A DNA stretch of 64,000 bases from Rhizobiaceae bacterium (lineage in GTDB: Bacteria > Pseudomonadota > Alphaproteobacteria > Rhizobiales > Rhizobiaceae), in NCBI GenBank assembly GCA_025458045.1, contig JALOTE010000011.1:4410-68409 (forward strand), given 5' to 3'. Shown here one piece after another: positions 18,678 to 29,600 of this stretch (position 1 is its first letter; every line of letters starts with the position of its first letter). Below the pieces are notes generated by a model. That model did not search any database and was not told the DNA's origin. It saw only the letters and a list, made by a program, of their open reading frames with translations. The position numbers and the translations under genes are program-made.

Positions 18678-19922
18678 ATGTATATAAGCTCACCAAGCGG
18701 CACAAGGGCGAAATCGCCTCGTTCAAATGGCGCAGGACTGCGGCTGGCCTTGATCGTAGGCGTCCTGCTTGCGTTTCTTTCGCCTGTCATGTCAGGATCG
18801 GCTGCGGACAGGCCTCTGCCGGTGGTCACAGCGCTGACGCTGGACGAGGCCGGGCTCGCCTTGACGTTCGACACGCCTGCCGATGTCACAATCCGCCATC
18901 TGGATACGCCCGTGCGGATCGTCCTTGACCTGCCCGAATCGGGCTTTGCCATCGAGGCTGATTCCGTCGTGCGTCCGTCGACGGTCCAATCTTTGCGCTT
19001 TGGCCGGATTTCGGAAGGCCGCTCCCGCATTGTGATCGGATTTTCCGCGCCGGTCTGGGTTGTTTCACAGGAAGGCGGGAGCACAAGCAGCGCCCGCACC
19101 ACCCACCGGCTGTCGTTTTCGCCCGTTGCGAGAGATGAATTCCAATCCCTCGTGGAATCGGATGCGGCCCAGATCGACACGGAAGCGGCATTCCAGAGCC
19201 CGTCCCGGTCAGACGCGCCGAATATGTTCACGCTGGTGATCGACCCTGGCCATGGCGGCATCGATGGCGGAGCGGAGGGGCAACTGGGCACGATCGAGAA
19301 AGACCTCACGCTCGCCTTTGCCAAAAAGCTTGAGGCCGCTCTTGCCGCGGACCCGGCGATCCGGGTTGTATTGACCCGCGAAAACGACGTGTTTGTCAGC
19401 CTGCGCGACCGGGTGCAGTTTGCACGCACCCACCGCGCGGACCTGCTGTTGTCCGTGCATGCCGATTCGATCGATGTGCCGGGCCTGCGCGGAGCGACGA
19501 TTTACACCCTGTCGGATTCGGCGTCCGACGCGGTCTCCAGCCGTCTGGCGGCCCAAGAGAACCTGGCCGACGTTGTGGCCGGGCTTCCGGCCGAACCGGT
19601 CGCGCCCGCTGTCAGCGACATTCTGATTGACCTGCTCAAGCGCGAAACGGGCAGTTTTTCCGGTGCCATTGCGCGCGAGTTGATCTTGCAAATGGAGCGC
19701 GACGGCATACGGCTCATCAACAATCCGTTGCGTTCAGCCGGATTTCGCGTGTTGACCGCGCCGGATGTGCCGTCGCTCTTGCTTGAAATGGGTTATCTTT
19801 CAAACATCGAGGACGAAAAACTGATGCGTGAGGAGCCGTGGCGGCTGCGCATGGCCGGTGTTCTGGCCGAAGCGATTCGCGCCTATGCCAAGGATCACCG
19901 GCTGAATGCAGGGGCGCCGTGA
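18678..19922 (+). CDS. amiC: N-acetylmuramoyl-L-alanine amidase (AmiC-like)
   Basis: An AMIN-like N-terminal domain and the Amidase_3 motifs VIDPGHGGIDGGAEG, LLLSVHADS and LLEMGYLSN are present. The start codon is not certain. Confidence 0.88.
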   Translation: MYISSPSGTRAKSPRSNGAGLRLALIVGVLLAFLSPVMSGSAADRPLPVVTALTLDEAGLALTFDTPADVTIRHLDTPVRIVLDLPESGFAIEADSVVRPSTVQSLRFGRISEGRSRIVIGFSAPVWVVSQEGGSTSSARTTHRLSFSPVARDEFQSLVESDAAQIDTEAAFQSPSRSDAPNMFTLVIDPGHGGIDGGAEGQLGTIEKDLTLAFAKKLEAALAADPAIRVVLTRENDVFVSLRDRVQFARTHRADLLLSVHADSIDVPGLRGATIYTLSDSASDAVSSRLAAQENLADVVAGLPAEPVAPAVSDILIDLLKRETGSFSGAIARELILQMERDGIRLINNPLRSAGFRVLTAPDVPSLLLEMGYLSNIEDEKLMREEPWRLRMAGVLAEAIRAYAKDHRLNAGAP

Positions 19923-20110
19923 AAGATGAGGACGGTCATCCGCGGCGGTGGCGCCGGGCAGGAAGCGGATGTGGGCGGCCGCATCTTGCGGTAAAGCTTT
20001 GGTAGGCCATGGCCTGCTAGGTTGGAATTTGGTAACCATCACACGATCCCGTTTCGGCCAAACGCGCCAGTGGGTCGGGTGTTTTGGCATCGTATGGACA
20101 GGATGGAACG

Positions 20111-22627
20111 ATGTTTCGCTTGATCGGCTATCTTTTCGGCATCGGTTCGACACTGGCCTTGCTGGTTGCCGCCGCTGTTGCCGTTTACGTAAGCGGGTTG
20201 ACGGAGGATCTTCCGGATTATGAGGTTTTGTCTCGCTACGAACCGCCGGTGATGACACGCATCCATGCGGCCGATGGTTCACTGATGGCGGAGTATGCGC
20301 GCGAAAGGCGGCTCTATCTGCCGATCCAGGCGGTGCCGGACCGCGTCAAGGCTGCCTTCATTTCGGCTGAAGACAAGAATTTCTATTCGCACAACGGCGT
20401 TGACTTCCAGGGCCTCGCGCGCGCTGTGATTGTCAACCTGCAGAACATGGGGTCGGGGCGGCGGCCGGTCGGCGCGTCCACGATCACGCAGCAGGTCGCC
20501 AAGAACTTCCTGCTCACCTCCGACCAGACAATCGACCGCAAGGTCAAGGAAGCGATGCTCGCCTTCCGCATCGAGCAGGCCTATTCCAAGGACCGGATCC
20601 TTGAATTGTACCTGAACGAGATTTTCTTCGGCCTTGGCGCTTATGGCATCGCGGGCGCGGCGCTCACCTATTTTGACAAATCGGTCAATGAATTGACCGT
20701 CGCCGAAGCGGCCTATCTCGCAGGCATCATCAAGGCGCCGAACAATTATCACCCGTTCCGCCACACCGAGCGCGCGCTTGACCGCCGAAATTACGTCATC
20801 GACCGGATGCTGGAGAACGGTTACATCGCGCAGGCCGAGGCTGCGGAAGCCAAGAATTCACCGCTCAACGTGACGCCTCGCGCCAGCGGTACGTATCTCG
20901 CGTCGGGCGAGTATTTCACCGAAGAAGTCCGCCGCGAACTGATCAATCGCTACGGCGACAAGGGCCTGTATGATGGCGGCCTGTCGGTCCGCACCAGCCT
21001 TGATCCTGTCTTGCAGCAATATGCGCGCCGCGCCCTGCACAACAGCCTGATCGACTATGACCGGGCGCGCGGTTTCCGCGGGCCGAAGACGGCCATCGAC
21101 CTTGCAGCGGGCGAATGGGGTGAGTTGCTGGCCAAGGTCGAGCCGCTGTCTGACGTGCCGGAATGGCGCCTTGCCGTCGTCCTGGCAGCTTCGCCCGAGG
21201 GGCTGGATGTCGGTTTGCGCCCGGATATCGCGGTGTCGGGAGCGGTTTCGCGCGAAAGGCGCACGGCATCCATCCCTGCCGATACGATGAAATGGGCGCT
21301 CACCTATGAGCAGAAGCCGGAACTGGCGGAAGGCGAACAGCCTGACCCGCAGGCGGAGCCTAAGCGCGTCAAGGCGAAGTCGATTGATCAGGTGATCAAG
21401 CCCGGCGACGTGGTCTATGTCTCCGAGACCGCCGAAGGCAGCCTGAAGCTTGAGCAGATCCCGCGCGTGGAAGGGGCCATGGTCGCCATGGACCCGCATA
21501 CGGGCCGCGTGCTCGCCATGGCGGGCGGTTTTTCTTACGCTTCGTCGGAGTTCAACCGTGCGACGCAAGCCAAGCGGCAACCCGGCTCATCCTTCAAGCC
21601 GATTGTCTATGCGGCTGCGCTCGACAATGGCTACACACCGGCCTCCGTGATCCTTGATGCTCCATTCTCGCTTGATCAAGGCGGGAGCCTCGGTATCTGG
21701 GAGCCGAAGAACTACAGCGATGGCTACGCCGGGCCGTCCACTTTGCGCCTCGGCATCGAAAAATCACGCAACCTCATGACGGTGCGGCTCGCCAACGACA
21801 TGGGCATGAAGCTGATTGCCGAATATGCCCACCGCTTCGGTCTCTACGACAACATGCTGCCGGTGCTTGCCGCATCGCTTGGTTCCGAAGAAACGACGGT
21901 GCTGAAAATGGCTGCCGCCTATTCCATCATGGCCAATGGCGGCAAGGCGGTGAACCCGACGGTCATCGACCGCATCCAGGACCGCTATGGCCGCACCGTT
22001 TTCCGGCATGACGAGCGCATCTGCCCGGATTGCGAAGCCAGCGAATGGGCAAACCAGCCGGAGCCCGAACTGGTGGACCAGCGCGAGCAGGTGCTTGACC
22101 CGATGACGGCCTACCAGATCACATCGATGATGGAGGGCGTGGTGCAGCGTGGCACCGCCACCGTGCTGAAGGAACTGGGGCGCCCCGTTGCCGGCAAGAC
22201 CGGAACATCCAATGACGAGAAGGACGCCTGGTTCGTCGGCTACACACCGGATCTCGTTGTCGCCGCCTTCATGGGCTTCGATCGGCCGAGGCCCATGGGG
22301 CGTGGCCAGACGGGCGGTGAACTGGCCGCACCGATGTTCCTTGATTTCATGACGAACGCCACCAAGGACAAGCCGGTTGCCGAGTTCCTTGTTCCGCCCG
22401 GCATGAACCTGATCGCGATCAACCGCAAAACCGGCATGGCGACCAACGCCAAGGGCGGCGAGACGATCATGGAAGCGTTCAAGCCTGGCACCGGGCCCGC
22501 TGATGTCTATTCCGTGATCGGCATCGAAAGCGTGGCAAGCGAGACCCAGGCCATCATCAACCGTGCCGAGCAATTGTCGCCCAAGGTCAAGGAGACCATC
22601 CAGAGCGGCGGCGGCGGGTTGTTCTGA
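20111..22627 (+). CDS. mrcA: Penicillin-binding protein 1A (bifunctional glycosyltransferase/transpeptidase)
   Basis: The GT51 motifs EDKNFYSHNGVD and RKVKEA and the transpeptidase motifs SSFKP and KTGTSND are present. The ATG at 20111 follows GGATGGAA. Confidence 0.94.
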   Translation: MFRLIGYLFGIGSTLALLVAAAVAVYVSGLTEDLPDYEVLSRYEPPVMTRIHAADGSLMAEYARERRLYLPIQAVPDRVKAAFISAEDKNFYSHNGVDFQGLARAVIVNLQNMGSGRRPVGASTITQQVAKNFLLTSDQTIDRKVKEAMLAFRIEQAYSKDRILELYLNEIFFGLGAYGIAGAALTYFDKSVNELTVAEAAYLAGIIKAPNNYHPFRHTERALDRRNYVIDRMLENGYIAQAEAAEAKNSPLNVTPRASGTYLASGEYFTEEVRRELINRYGDKGLYDGGLSVRTSLDPVLQQYARRALHNSLIDYDRARGFRGPKTAIDLAAGEWGELLAKVEPLSDVPEWRLAVVLAASPEGLDVGLRPDIAVSGAVSRERRTASIPADTMKWALTYEQKPELAEGEQPDPQAEPKRVKAKSIDQVIKPGDVVYVSETAEGSLKLEQIPRVEGAMVAMDPHTGRVLAMAGGFSYASSEFNRATQAKRQPGSSFKPIVYAAALDNGYTPASVILDAPFSLDQGGSLGIWEPKNYSDGYAGPSTLRLGIEKSRNLMTVRLANDMGMKLIAEYAHRFGLYDNMLPVLAASLGSEETTVLKMAAAYSIMANGGKAVNPTVIDRIQDRYGRTVFRHDERICPDCEASEWANQPEPELVDQREQVLDPMTAYQITSMMEGVVQRGTATVLKELGRPVAGKTGTSNDEKDAWFVGYTPDLVVAAFMGFDRPRPMGRGQTGGELAAPMFLDFMTNATKDKPVAEFLVPPGMNLIAINRKTGMATNAKGGETIMEAFKPGTGPADVYSVIGIESVASETQAIINRAEQLSPKVKETIQSGGGGLF

Positions 22628-22723
22628 CGGGGAGGGGATTGCTGCCTGCAGCTTGCGCGGCGGCGAAGCCTTGCCTATGAGCGCCTCACGAAAGCGAACC
22701 CCCCAACACAGCACGGGATCATC

Positions 22724-23849
22724 ATGCGCGCGGAAATCGTGTCGATTGTCGATGAGATCAAGCAGGCAGCCGGCCTGCTGAGGAGGCATCTTTGACTGGG
22801 ATCAGGCGATCAAGCGTCTCGCTTACCTGAACCAGCGTGCCGAAGAGCCGGATCTCTGGAACAATCCGTCGGAAGCCCAGAAGCTGATGCGCGAGCGCCA
22901 GCAACTCGACACAAACATCAGCGGCCTGAAGGCCGTCGAACAGGATCTCGCCGACAATATCGAGATGATCGAGCTTGGCGAAGCTGACGGCGACGAGCAA
23001 TTGATCCGTGACGCCGAACAGGCCATCAAGGCGCTGCGCGAGACAGTCGCGAAACGGCAGATCGACGCGCTTCTGTCGGGCGAAATGGATGGCAGCGACA
23101 CTTACGTCGAAGTGCATGCCGGGGCGGGCGGCACCGAAAGCCAGGACTGGGCCTCCATGCTCTTGCGCATGTACACGCGTTGGGCGGAGCGGGCGGGCTT
23201 CAAGGTCGAGTTGCAGGAAATGCAATATGGCGAGGAAGCGGGCATCAAGTCCGCCACCATCCTGGTCAAGGGCGAGAAAGCCTATGGCTGGCTGAAAACC
23301 GAATCCGGTGTGCACCGGTTGGTGCGGATTTCGCCCTATGATTCGAATGCGCGTCGCCACACCTCGTTTTCGTCAGTCGGCGTCTATCCCGTCATCGATG
23401 ACAACATCGAAATCGACATCCAGGACAAGGACATCCGCATCGACACCTATCGTTCCTCAGGGGCGGGCGGCCAGCACGTCAACACCACAGATTCGGCCGT
23501 GCGCATTACCCATTTGCCGACAGGCATCGTGGTCACGTCATCGGAAAAGTCGCAGCACCAGAACCGCGCCAACGCGATGAAGGCGCTGCGCGCACGACTC
23601 TATGATCTTGAGATGCGCAAGCGCGAGGAGAAGGCGCAATCCGAGTTCGAGGCCAAGACCGATATTGGCTGGGGCCACCAGATCCGCTCTTACGTCTTGC
23701 AGCCCTATCAGTTGGTGAAGGACCTGCGCACCGGCGAGGAAAGCACCAACCCCTCAGCCGTGCTGGATGGCGATATCGACGCCTTCATGGAGGCGGCGCT
23801 TGCCTCCAAGATCAAGGGCACCGATGGCGCGGTGAGCGATATTGATTGA
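22724..23849 (+). CDS. prfB: Peptide chain release factor 2, expressed via programmed +1 frameshift
   Basis: Frame 0 runs from ATG 22724 to CTT (22790-22792) TGA (22793-22795). The +1 frame from GAC 22794 reads DWDQAIKRLAYLNQRAEEPDLWNNPSEAQKLMRERQQL... and continues into ORF 22887..23849, which carries the GGQ motif (SSGAGGQHVNTTDSAVRITH). Confidence 0.95.
22781..22796 (+). promoter_or_regulatory. RF2 autoregulatory +1 frameshift site
   Basis: AGGAGG-CAT-CTT-TGA-C: an internal SD-like element 3 nt before the slippery CTT and a weak-context UGA-C stop. Confidence 0.9.
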
Positions 23850-23858
23850 GCTGCATGC

Positions 23859-25157
23859 TTACAACAGCCCTTTGATCCGCTTGCCGGCCTTGAGGAACGG
23901 GGCCGGGTCGCGCGCATCATCCCGGCGGCGCACTTCATAGTGCAGATGCGGGCCGGTCGAGCGGCCTGTCGAGCCGATGTCGCCGATGCGTTCGCCGCCA
24001 TCGACGCGCTGGCCTTCCGAAACATGGATCGCGCTCAGATGCGCGTAGCGGGTCGAGAGGCCATCGGCATGGCGGATTTCGACCATCTTGCCGTATCCTC
24101 CATTGGTGCCGGCATATTCGACCACACCTTCGGCGCTGGCAAGGACCGCAGTGCCCGTCGGCCCGCGGAAATCGATGCCGGCATGGAAGGCCCGCGTGCC
24201 GAGCAGGGGGTCCGTGCGATAGCCGAAAGCGGAACTGACAGATTGGCCAGGCGCAGGATTGCCGAGCGGGATGCGCCCCACGCCGTCGCGGATGAGATCC
24301 AGGCGGGTGAGGGCCGCATCCAGTTCCTGCACGGTTGTTTCAAACATGTCGGGCAACCCATCGGCGGCGATAAAGGGGCCGCCAACGGCGGTCTGGTCGA
24401 GATCAAGCGCTATTCCTGCGTCGGCCAAGGCTTCAACCACGGCCTCGGCGGTCTCCTCCGCCCCGTCAGCCAATGCTTGCATGCGGCTGATCTGTGCCGA
24501 CTCGATGGCCTTGATCGAGCGGGAAATCTCGCTGAACGTCATGTCCGCCTGATCGGCAAGCGCATAGCCGGTGCCGATTGCCGCCATGGTCGAACCTGTC
24601 GCCAAGAGGTCGATGCCCGCCGATCCGAGCGCGGCTTTCTGATTTTCCGCCGGACGCTCCGTCGGAACGACAGGTGCTGCCCCGTCCGCCGCGCCGGCCC
24701 GCTCCATCAGCGGTGTCAGGCGTGAAGCGCGGTCAAGCAGCGCATTCTGCCGGTCCATCAGTTCCGCCACCTTCTGCTCCATCAATTGCTGGTCGAGCAA
24801 TTGGCGCGAAATGATTCGGTCAACCTGGCTGCGCAGGGCCGAAATCCGGTCCTCATAGGCATGTTGCATGCGCGCCTGCCGGGCGATCGACGCGCCGATC
24901 AGGTCATCGCGGAAGACGAGATAGGACGTCGCCACGAGGTAGCCGAGCGAAAAACAGACCGCGACCGTGCCGAGCACCGCCATCGCCCATGGCCGCAAGG
25001 TGAAGTGCCGGAACGTGTCGCCATGGGCGATGATGATGGTGTGGGGTTCGTTGCGGCGGCCGAACACGGCCTGATGTTTGAGTTGCTTTGACACTGCGGC
25101 ACCGCGTCCCGACGGACTGAACTGACTGTGCCGATTACACTCTGTTAGGGTTAACAA
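23859..25157 (-). CDS. M23 family metallopeptidase (membrane-anchored, coiled-coil)
   Basis: The LytM domain motifs FHAGIDFRGPTG, GGYGKMVEIRH and GPHLHYEV are present, with a TM segment AMAVLGTVAVCFSLGYLV. A GTG at 25094 ((M)SKQLKHQAVFGRR) is a plausible alternative start. Confidence 0.85.
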   Translation of the reverse strand: MLTLTECNRHSQFSPSGRGAAVSKQLKHQAVFGRRNEPHTIIIAHGDTFRHFTLRPWAMAVLGTVAVCFSLGYLVATSYLVFRDDLIGASIARQARMQHAYEDRISALRSQVDRIISRQLLDQQLMEQKVAELMDRQNALLDRASRLTPLMERAGAADGAAPVVPTERPAENQKAALGSAGIDLLATGSTMAAIGTGYALADQADMTFSEISRSIKAIESAQISRMQALADGAEETAEAVVEALADAGIALDLDQTAVGGPFIAADGLPDMFETTVQELDAALTRLDLIRDGVGRIPLGNPAPGQSVSSAFGYRTDPLLGTRAFHAGIDFRGPTGTAVLASAEGVVEYAGTNGGYGKMVEIRHADGLSTRYAHLSAIHVSEGQRVDGGERIGDIGSTGRSTGPHLHYEVRRRDDARDPAPFLKAGKRIKGLL

Positions 25158-25187
25158 TCGCTTGCCGATGCGTGGCCGGCGCAGACT

Positions 25188-26018
25188 TCATTGCGATACG
25201 GGGCAGAGGCTGCGGTAAAAGGACGGGGTCAGACCGGCTGCGGCACGCGCCGCGTCGTTGAATGGCGGCTTGAGCGAGCCGCGGAAATTGGCGCGCACCA
25301 GGGATTGGAACTGATCCGCCGGGTTCTGGCCGTTTCGCGCGCAGAGGAACCGGAACCATTTCGCGCCGACCGCCACATGCCCCTTTTCGTCCTCGTAGAT
25401 GACGGACAGAATGGCAGCCGTTTCAGCGTCGCCCGTTTCCTGCAATTGCCCGATGAGGCTTGGTGTCACGTCCAGTCCGCGCGCTTCAAGGATCAACGGG
25501 ACGAGCGCAAGGCGTGCATGCATGCTCGTCTGGGTTTTCTGAGCCGCATCCCACAGCCCGTCATGGGCAGGCAGATCACCATAGGACGCGCCCAACCGGC
25601 CAAGCCTTTCACACAACAGACCGAAGTGGCGCGCCTCGTCGTCAGCAACGCCAAGCCAATCGCCAAAGAACGAACGCGGCACCGGCGCGGTTGCAAAACG
25701 CGCGATGATGTCGAGCGCCAGATCGACGGCGTTCAGTTCGATATGGGCCAGCGCGTGAATCAGCGCGATCCGCCCCTGTGGCGTGTGCAGGGAGCGTTTT
25801 TTCACGTGCCTTGGGGATACCAGTTCAGGCCGTTCGGGCCGACCCGGCCTGTCGGGCGCAAGTGTGTCGCCCGCACCATGGAGCGACAGTCCGCCTTGCG
25901 CCCAACGCTTCGCCAGTGCCCGCGTCAGTGCCGATTTCCGCACGAGGTCGGGCTCGGCCAGCGCGCGCGCCGCGCCGTCGCGTAACGACATGAACTGCAT
26001 GATGGATGGTGGCGGCAA
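25188..26018 (-). CDS. DUF455 family ferritin-like protein
   Basis: ALAHIELNAVDLALD plus two ExxH motifs (DDEARHF, EDEKGHV) fit a di-iron four-helix-bundle family. The start is ambiguous among the ATGs at 26018, 26000 and 25991. Confidence 0.7.
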   Translation of the reverse strand: MPPPSIMQFMSLRDGAARALAEPDLVRKSALTRALAKRWAQGGLSLHGAGDTLAPDRPGRPERPELVSPRHVKKRSLHTPQGRIALIHALAHIELNAVDLALDIIARFATAPVPRSFFGDWLGVADDEARHFGLLCERLGRLGASYGDLPAHDGLWDAAQKTQTSMHARLALVPLILEARGLDVTPSLIGQLQETGDAETAAILSVIYEDEKGHVAVGAKWFRFLCARNGQNPADQFQSLVRANFRGSLKPPFNDAARAAAGLTPSFYRSLCPVSQ

Positions 26019-26021
26019 CCG

Positions 26022-26489
26022 TCACAGGGCCTTGGCCGCGGCCAGCACATCATCTGCGTGGCCGGGAACCTTCACCTTGTTCCACACACGCAGGATTGTG
26101 CCATCGCCGCCGATGAGCATCGTGGTTCGCTCCACGCCCATGTATTTTTTGCCATACATGCTTTTTTCCGCCCACACCCCGTAGGATTCGAGCATGGCAT
26201 GGTCCTCGCTCGATGCGAGATCGACGCCGAGACCATGCTTCTTGATGAACTTGTCGTGGGAGGCCGGGCTATCGGGCGATACGCCCAGCAACGACACACC
26301 GAGGGCATCGAACTCGGCTTTCTTCGCCGTGAAAGCGAGCGACTCCGATGTGCAGCCGGATGTGTCATCCTTCGGATAGAAGAACAGCACAAGCGGCTTG
26401 CCCGCATAGTCGGCGAGCGAATACGTCTTGCCGCCACTGCCTTCCGCCGTGAATGCGGGCGCGGGTTGGCCTTCGACTAGTACGGGCAT
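26022..26489 (-). CDS. bcp: Peroxiredoxin (Bcp-type thiol peroxidase)
   Basis: The ATG at 26489 gives MPVLVEGQPAPAFTAEG...LVLFFYPKDDTSGCTSE, which includes the peroxidatic Cys, in a 155-aa product. Confidence 0.9.
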   Translation of the reverse strand: MPVLVEGQPAPAFTAEGSGGKTYSLADYAGKPLVLFFYPKDDTSGCTSESLAFTAKKAEFDALGVSLLGVSPDSPASHDKFIKKHGLGVDLASSEDHAMLESYGVWAEKSMYGKKYMGVERTTMLIGGDGTILRVWNKVKVPGHADDVLAAAKAL

Positions 26490-26683
26490 GGGTGACCTCT
26501 CAAGGATTTGCGAGACGGGTCGGCAATCCATGCCGACATCATCGCGCCGCGGTTGGAATGCTGTCGATTTCCGGCCATATAGGTATGCGAACATATTCGT
26601 CCATGGCGCGACACGGCTTGATTGTGGCCATTGCGCGCGCCTTACGGTGAACCGATGGGATAGGGGCAGACTGTGCTGGCGCG

Positions 26684-29600
26684 ATGACAGAGCCTGATCA
26701 GCAGCCAGTGCGTGTGCGCTTCAAGCCGGGCGATGTTCCGGCCCTTGATGCCATGCCATCGGCCGAGGCGACTGACCGGCCGACTTTGCCGCAGCGCCGA
26801 CAGCGCCACCGCCGAACAGCCGTGCAGTCCGGTCGCGCCGGGCGGATGGGCGCGGTGCTGCTGGCCATCGTTTTGCTCATCGTGACAGTGCCCATGGCGG
26901 TCGCGTGGTTCGTCCTCGACCCTGAGCGGCTCACGCCGTTGGCCCGCGAGCAGATCAAGCGTCTGGCCGGCGCGGGGCTCACAGCGGATCTGCAACAGGC
27001 CACGCTGGCGCTGGATGGCCCGGGCCTCGTGTCGGCGCGGCTCGATGGCTTGACCTTTGCCGAGCAGAGCACGGGCCGACTTGTGCTGTCCGGTGGAGAG
27101 GTCCAGTTCGCGCTTTCGCCGCTGGCTTTGGTGTCGGGGGGCGATCCAGTCAGCGCCATGTCGCTTTCCGGTGCCACGATCGATGTGTCAGCCATGCCGC
27201 ACCAAGACAGCGCCTTGCGCTTGACAGGGCCTGACGGTCTGCTCGACACGCAAGCGCTGCGTTTCCTGCTGCTTTCCTCCGTCGACGCGCTGTCGGTGCG
27301 TGCGGCACAGTTGCGTGGCGTGACAATCAGCCTGCGCCAGATCAGCCTTCGGATGGACGGCGCCCACTCGATCATGATCGAGGACGTCGCTCTTGAACCG
27401 GAGACTGGCGGCCATAGTCTGTCGGGTCGGATCGGCTTCAATGGCACATCGGTGGTGCTGTCCGGCCGACATGTGACCGGGACAGATGGCGCGACACCGG
27501 CGCTTCAACTCTCGCTGGACGGTCTCACCCACGCGCGGTCCTTTGCCAATGATAGCCGCACCGGCGAGCCCCGTGCCTGCGAGGGGACAGGCCATCTTGC
27601 CTTGGCCGTCACCGGAACGGCGGTCGCCTATGATGCGGTGATCACGTCGGCATCGTGCATGTTGGGCGGGCTCGGCCGCTATGCCATCGGCGCGGCGCTT
27701 TCGGGCAGCCTTCTGGAAAGCGGAATTGTTGAAATCGCGTCGGGCCGGATCGATGTCAACCGCTCACATTTTCAGTTTGACGGCGCCGTTGCGCCAGCCC
27801 GGCTTACAGCTCCCGATGCGGCCAGCGAACCCCGCTACCGGTTCAACATGGTGGTGAGCGAAGCGTCGCTCGATCCGGCGGACAACGCGGAAGGGCCGAT
27901 GCGGCTGACCGGCAAGATCGACGGCTCGTTCGATGTGGCCGAGCGCCGTCTGGCCCTTGAGTCGATCGTCACCGACACCGGAGCGGGTTTGGTTGACGGA
28001 GCCATTTCCGTGATCTTTGGCGATGTCGCGCCAGCGCTTTATGTGGCTGTGGTTTCGGACGAGATATCAGTCAGTAATTTCAAGCGTTTATGGCCGCGTT
28101 TTGCCGCACCGCTGCCGCGCGGCTGGGTGGTCAGCAATCTCCATGGCGGCGTTGCACGCGATGTCCGGCTGGAGGTGAAGATTCCGCCCGGCCAGTTGGG
28201 TTCCGGCACGCCGATGGACGCCGATGAACTCTATGGGCAGGCCGACTTGTTGGGTGTGCGCTTTGACACGATCGGAGACATTCCTCCGATCCGCAATGCC
28301 GACGCCACTGTCCGTTTCACGGGCAAGACAGTGGCGGTCAATGTTTCAAGGGGCGATGTCTTCCTTCCTTCGAACCGCAGGGCGGTGCTGAATGGCACAG
28401 CCTTCACAATTGACGATCTCGCCTTGCGCCCCGTGCAAGCAGCGTTGCAACTGGATGTCGAAGGTGATGCCGACGCGATTGCGGAATTGGCGGCCGCGCG
28501 GCCGGTCAATGCGCTTGAAGGCCAGCAATTGACGCCCGCCTCGTTCTCCGGAACAGCACGCGCAACGGGCGTTGTGCGTTTTCCCATCGCCCGACCGAGC
28601 GGTCAGCCGATCCGCCCTGACTATGACATCAGCGTGGAACTCGATGATTTTTCGATCAGCGCCCCCGTCGAGGGGCTCGTCATCCAGAACACGGCGGGCA
28701 AAGTGCGCGCGGTCCCGGAACGGTTCGTCGTCGACCTTGAAGGGCGCTTCGCAGGTGTGCCCGCAAGGCTGAAACTGACGGAGCCACGAGGCGGCAATGG
28801 GCAGCGGACGCAGGAATTCTCAGCAACCCTGGACGATGCCTTGCGGGAAAAATTCGCTCCGGCTCTGGCAGAGGCGGTGCGGGGGCCGGTGCCGGTTGTG
28901 GTGAAGGGCGAGGCTGGCGCGTTCATTCTGGACGCCGACCTGACGCGCGCCCGCATTCGTATTCCAGGCATCAACTGGGAGAAGGGTTCGGGCATTGCGT
29001 CGCGGGTGTCCATGCGTGTCCTGCGCGAAGGCACGACGCTGCGATTGCGTGACATCGCCTTGACCGGGCGTTCGCTGAGGGCGCGCGGCGCCGTACGCAT
29101 CGAGAACGGCCAGTTCATCGCAGCCGATCTCGACAATGTGCGCCTGAACGAAGGTGACGATTTTTCGGTTTCAATCGATCGGCAAGGCAATGGCTACGCG
29201 GTCGCCTTGTCCGGAAACCGGATCGACGCGCGGGCGATGCTGCGTCGCATGCTGCCCGGCCCGGATGCGGCGGCAGGCGGCGGCGGTCTGGCGCGCGGGA
29301 TGTCGATCAATGGTCGTGTCGGGGCGCTCGTCGGTTTCAATGACGAAGTGCTGCGCGGCGCGGCGCTCAGCATGGAGGGCGCCAGCCTGGCCTTGTCGGG
29401 CGAGTTTGAAAGCGGCGGATCGCTCAGGCTTTCGCGCGTTGGCGGCAATGGCGGGACGCTGGCGCTGTCGACCGGGAATGCGGGCGCCGCACTGCGATTC
29501 GCCGACCTTTACCGGCGCATGGGCGGCGGGGCGATGACGGCCGAATTCGTGATGGGCGAGGGCGGACGCATGTCCGGTCCGGTTGCCATCCGCGATTTCA

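Noticed and set aside
18170-19429. A 419-aa minus-strand ORF spanning the rne leader and amiC.
   Set aside because: It is antisense to amiC and crosses the intergenic region, with no recognisable domain.
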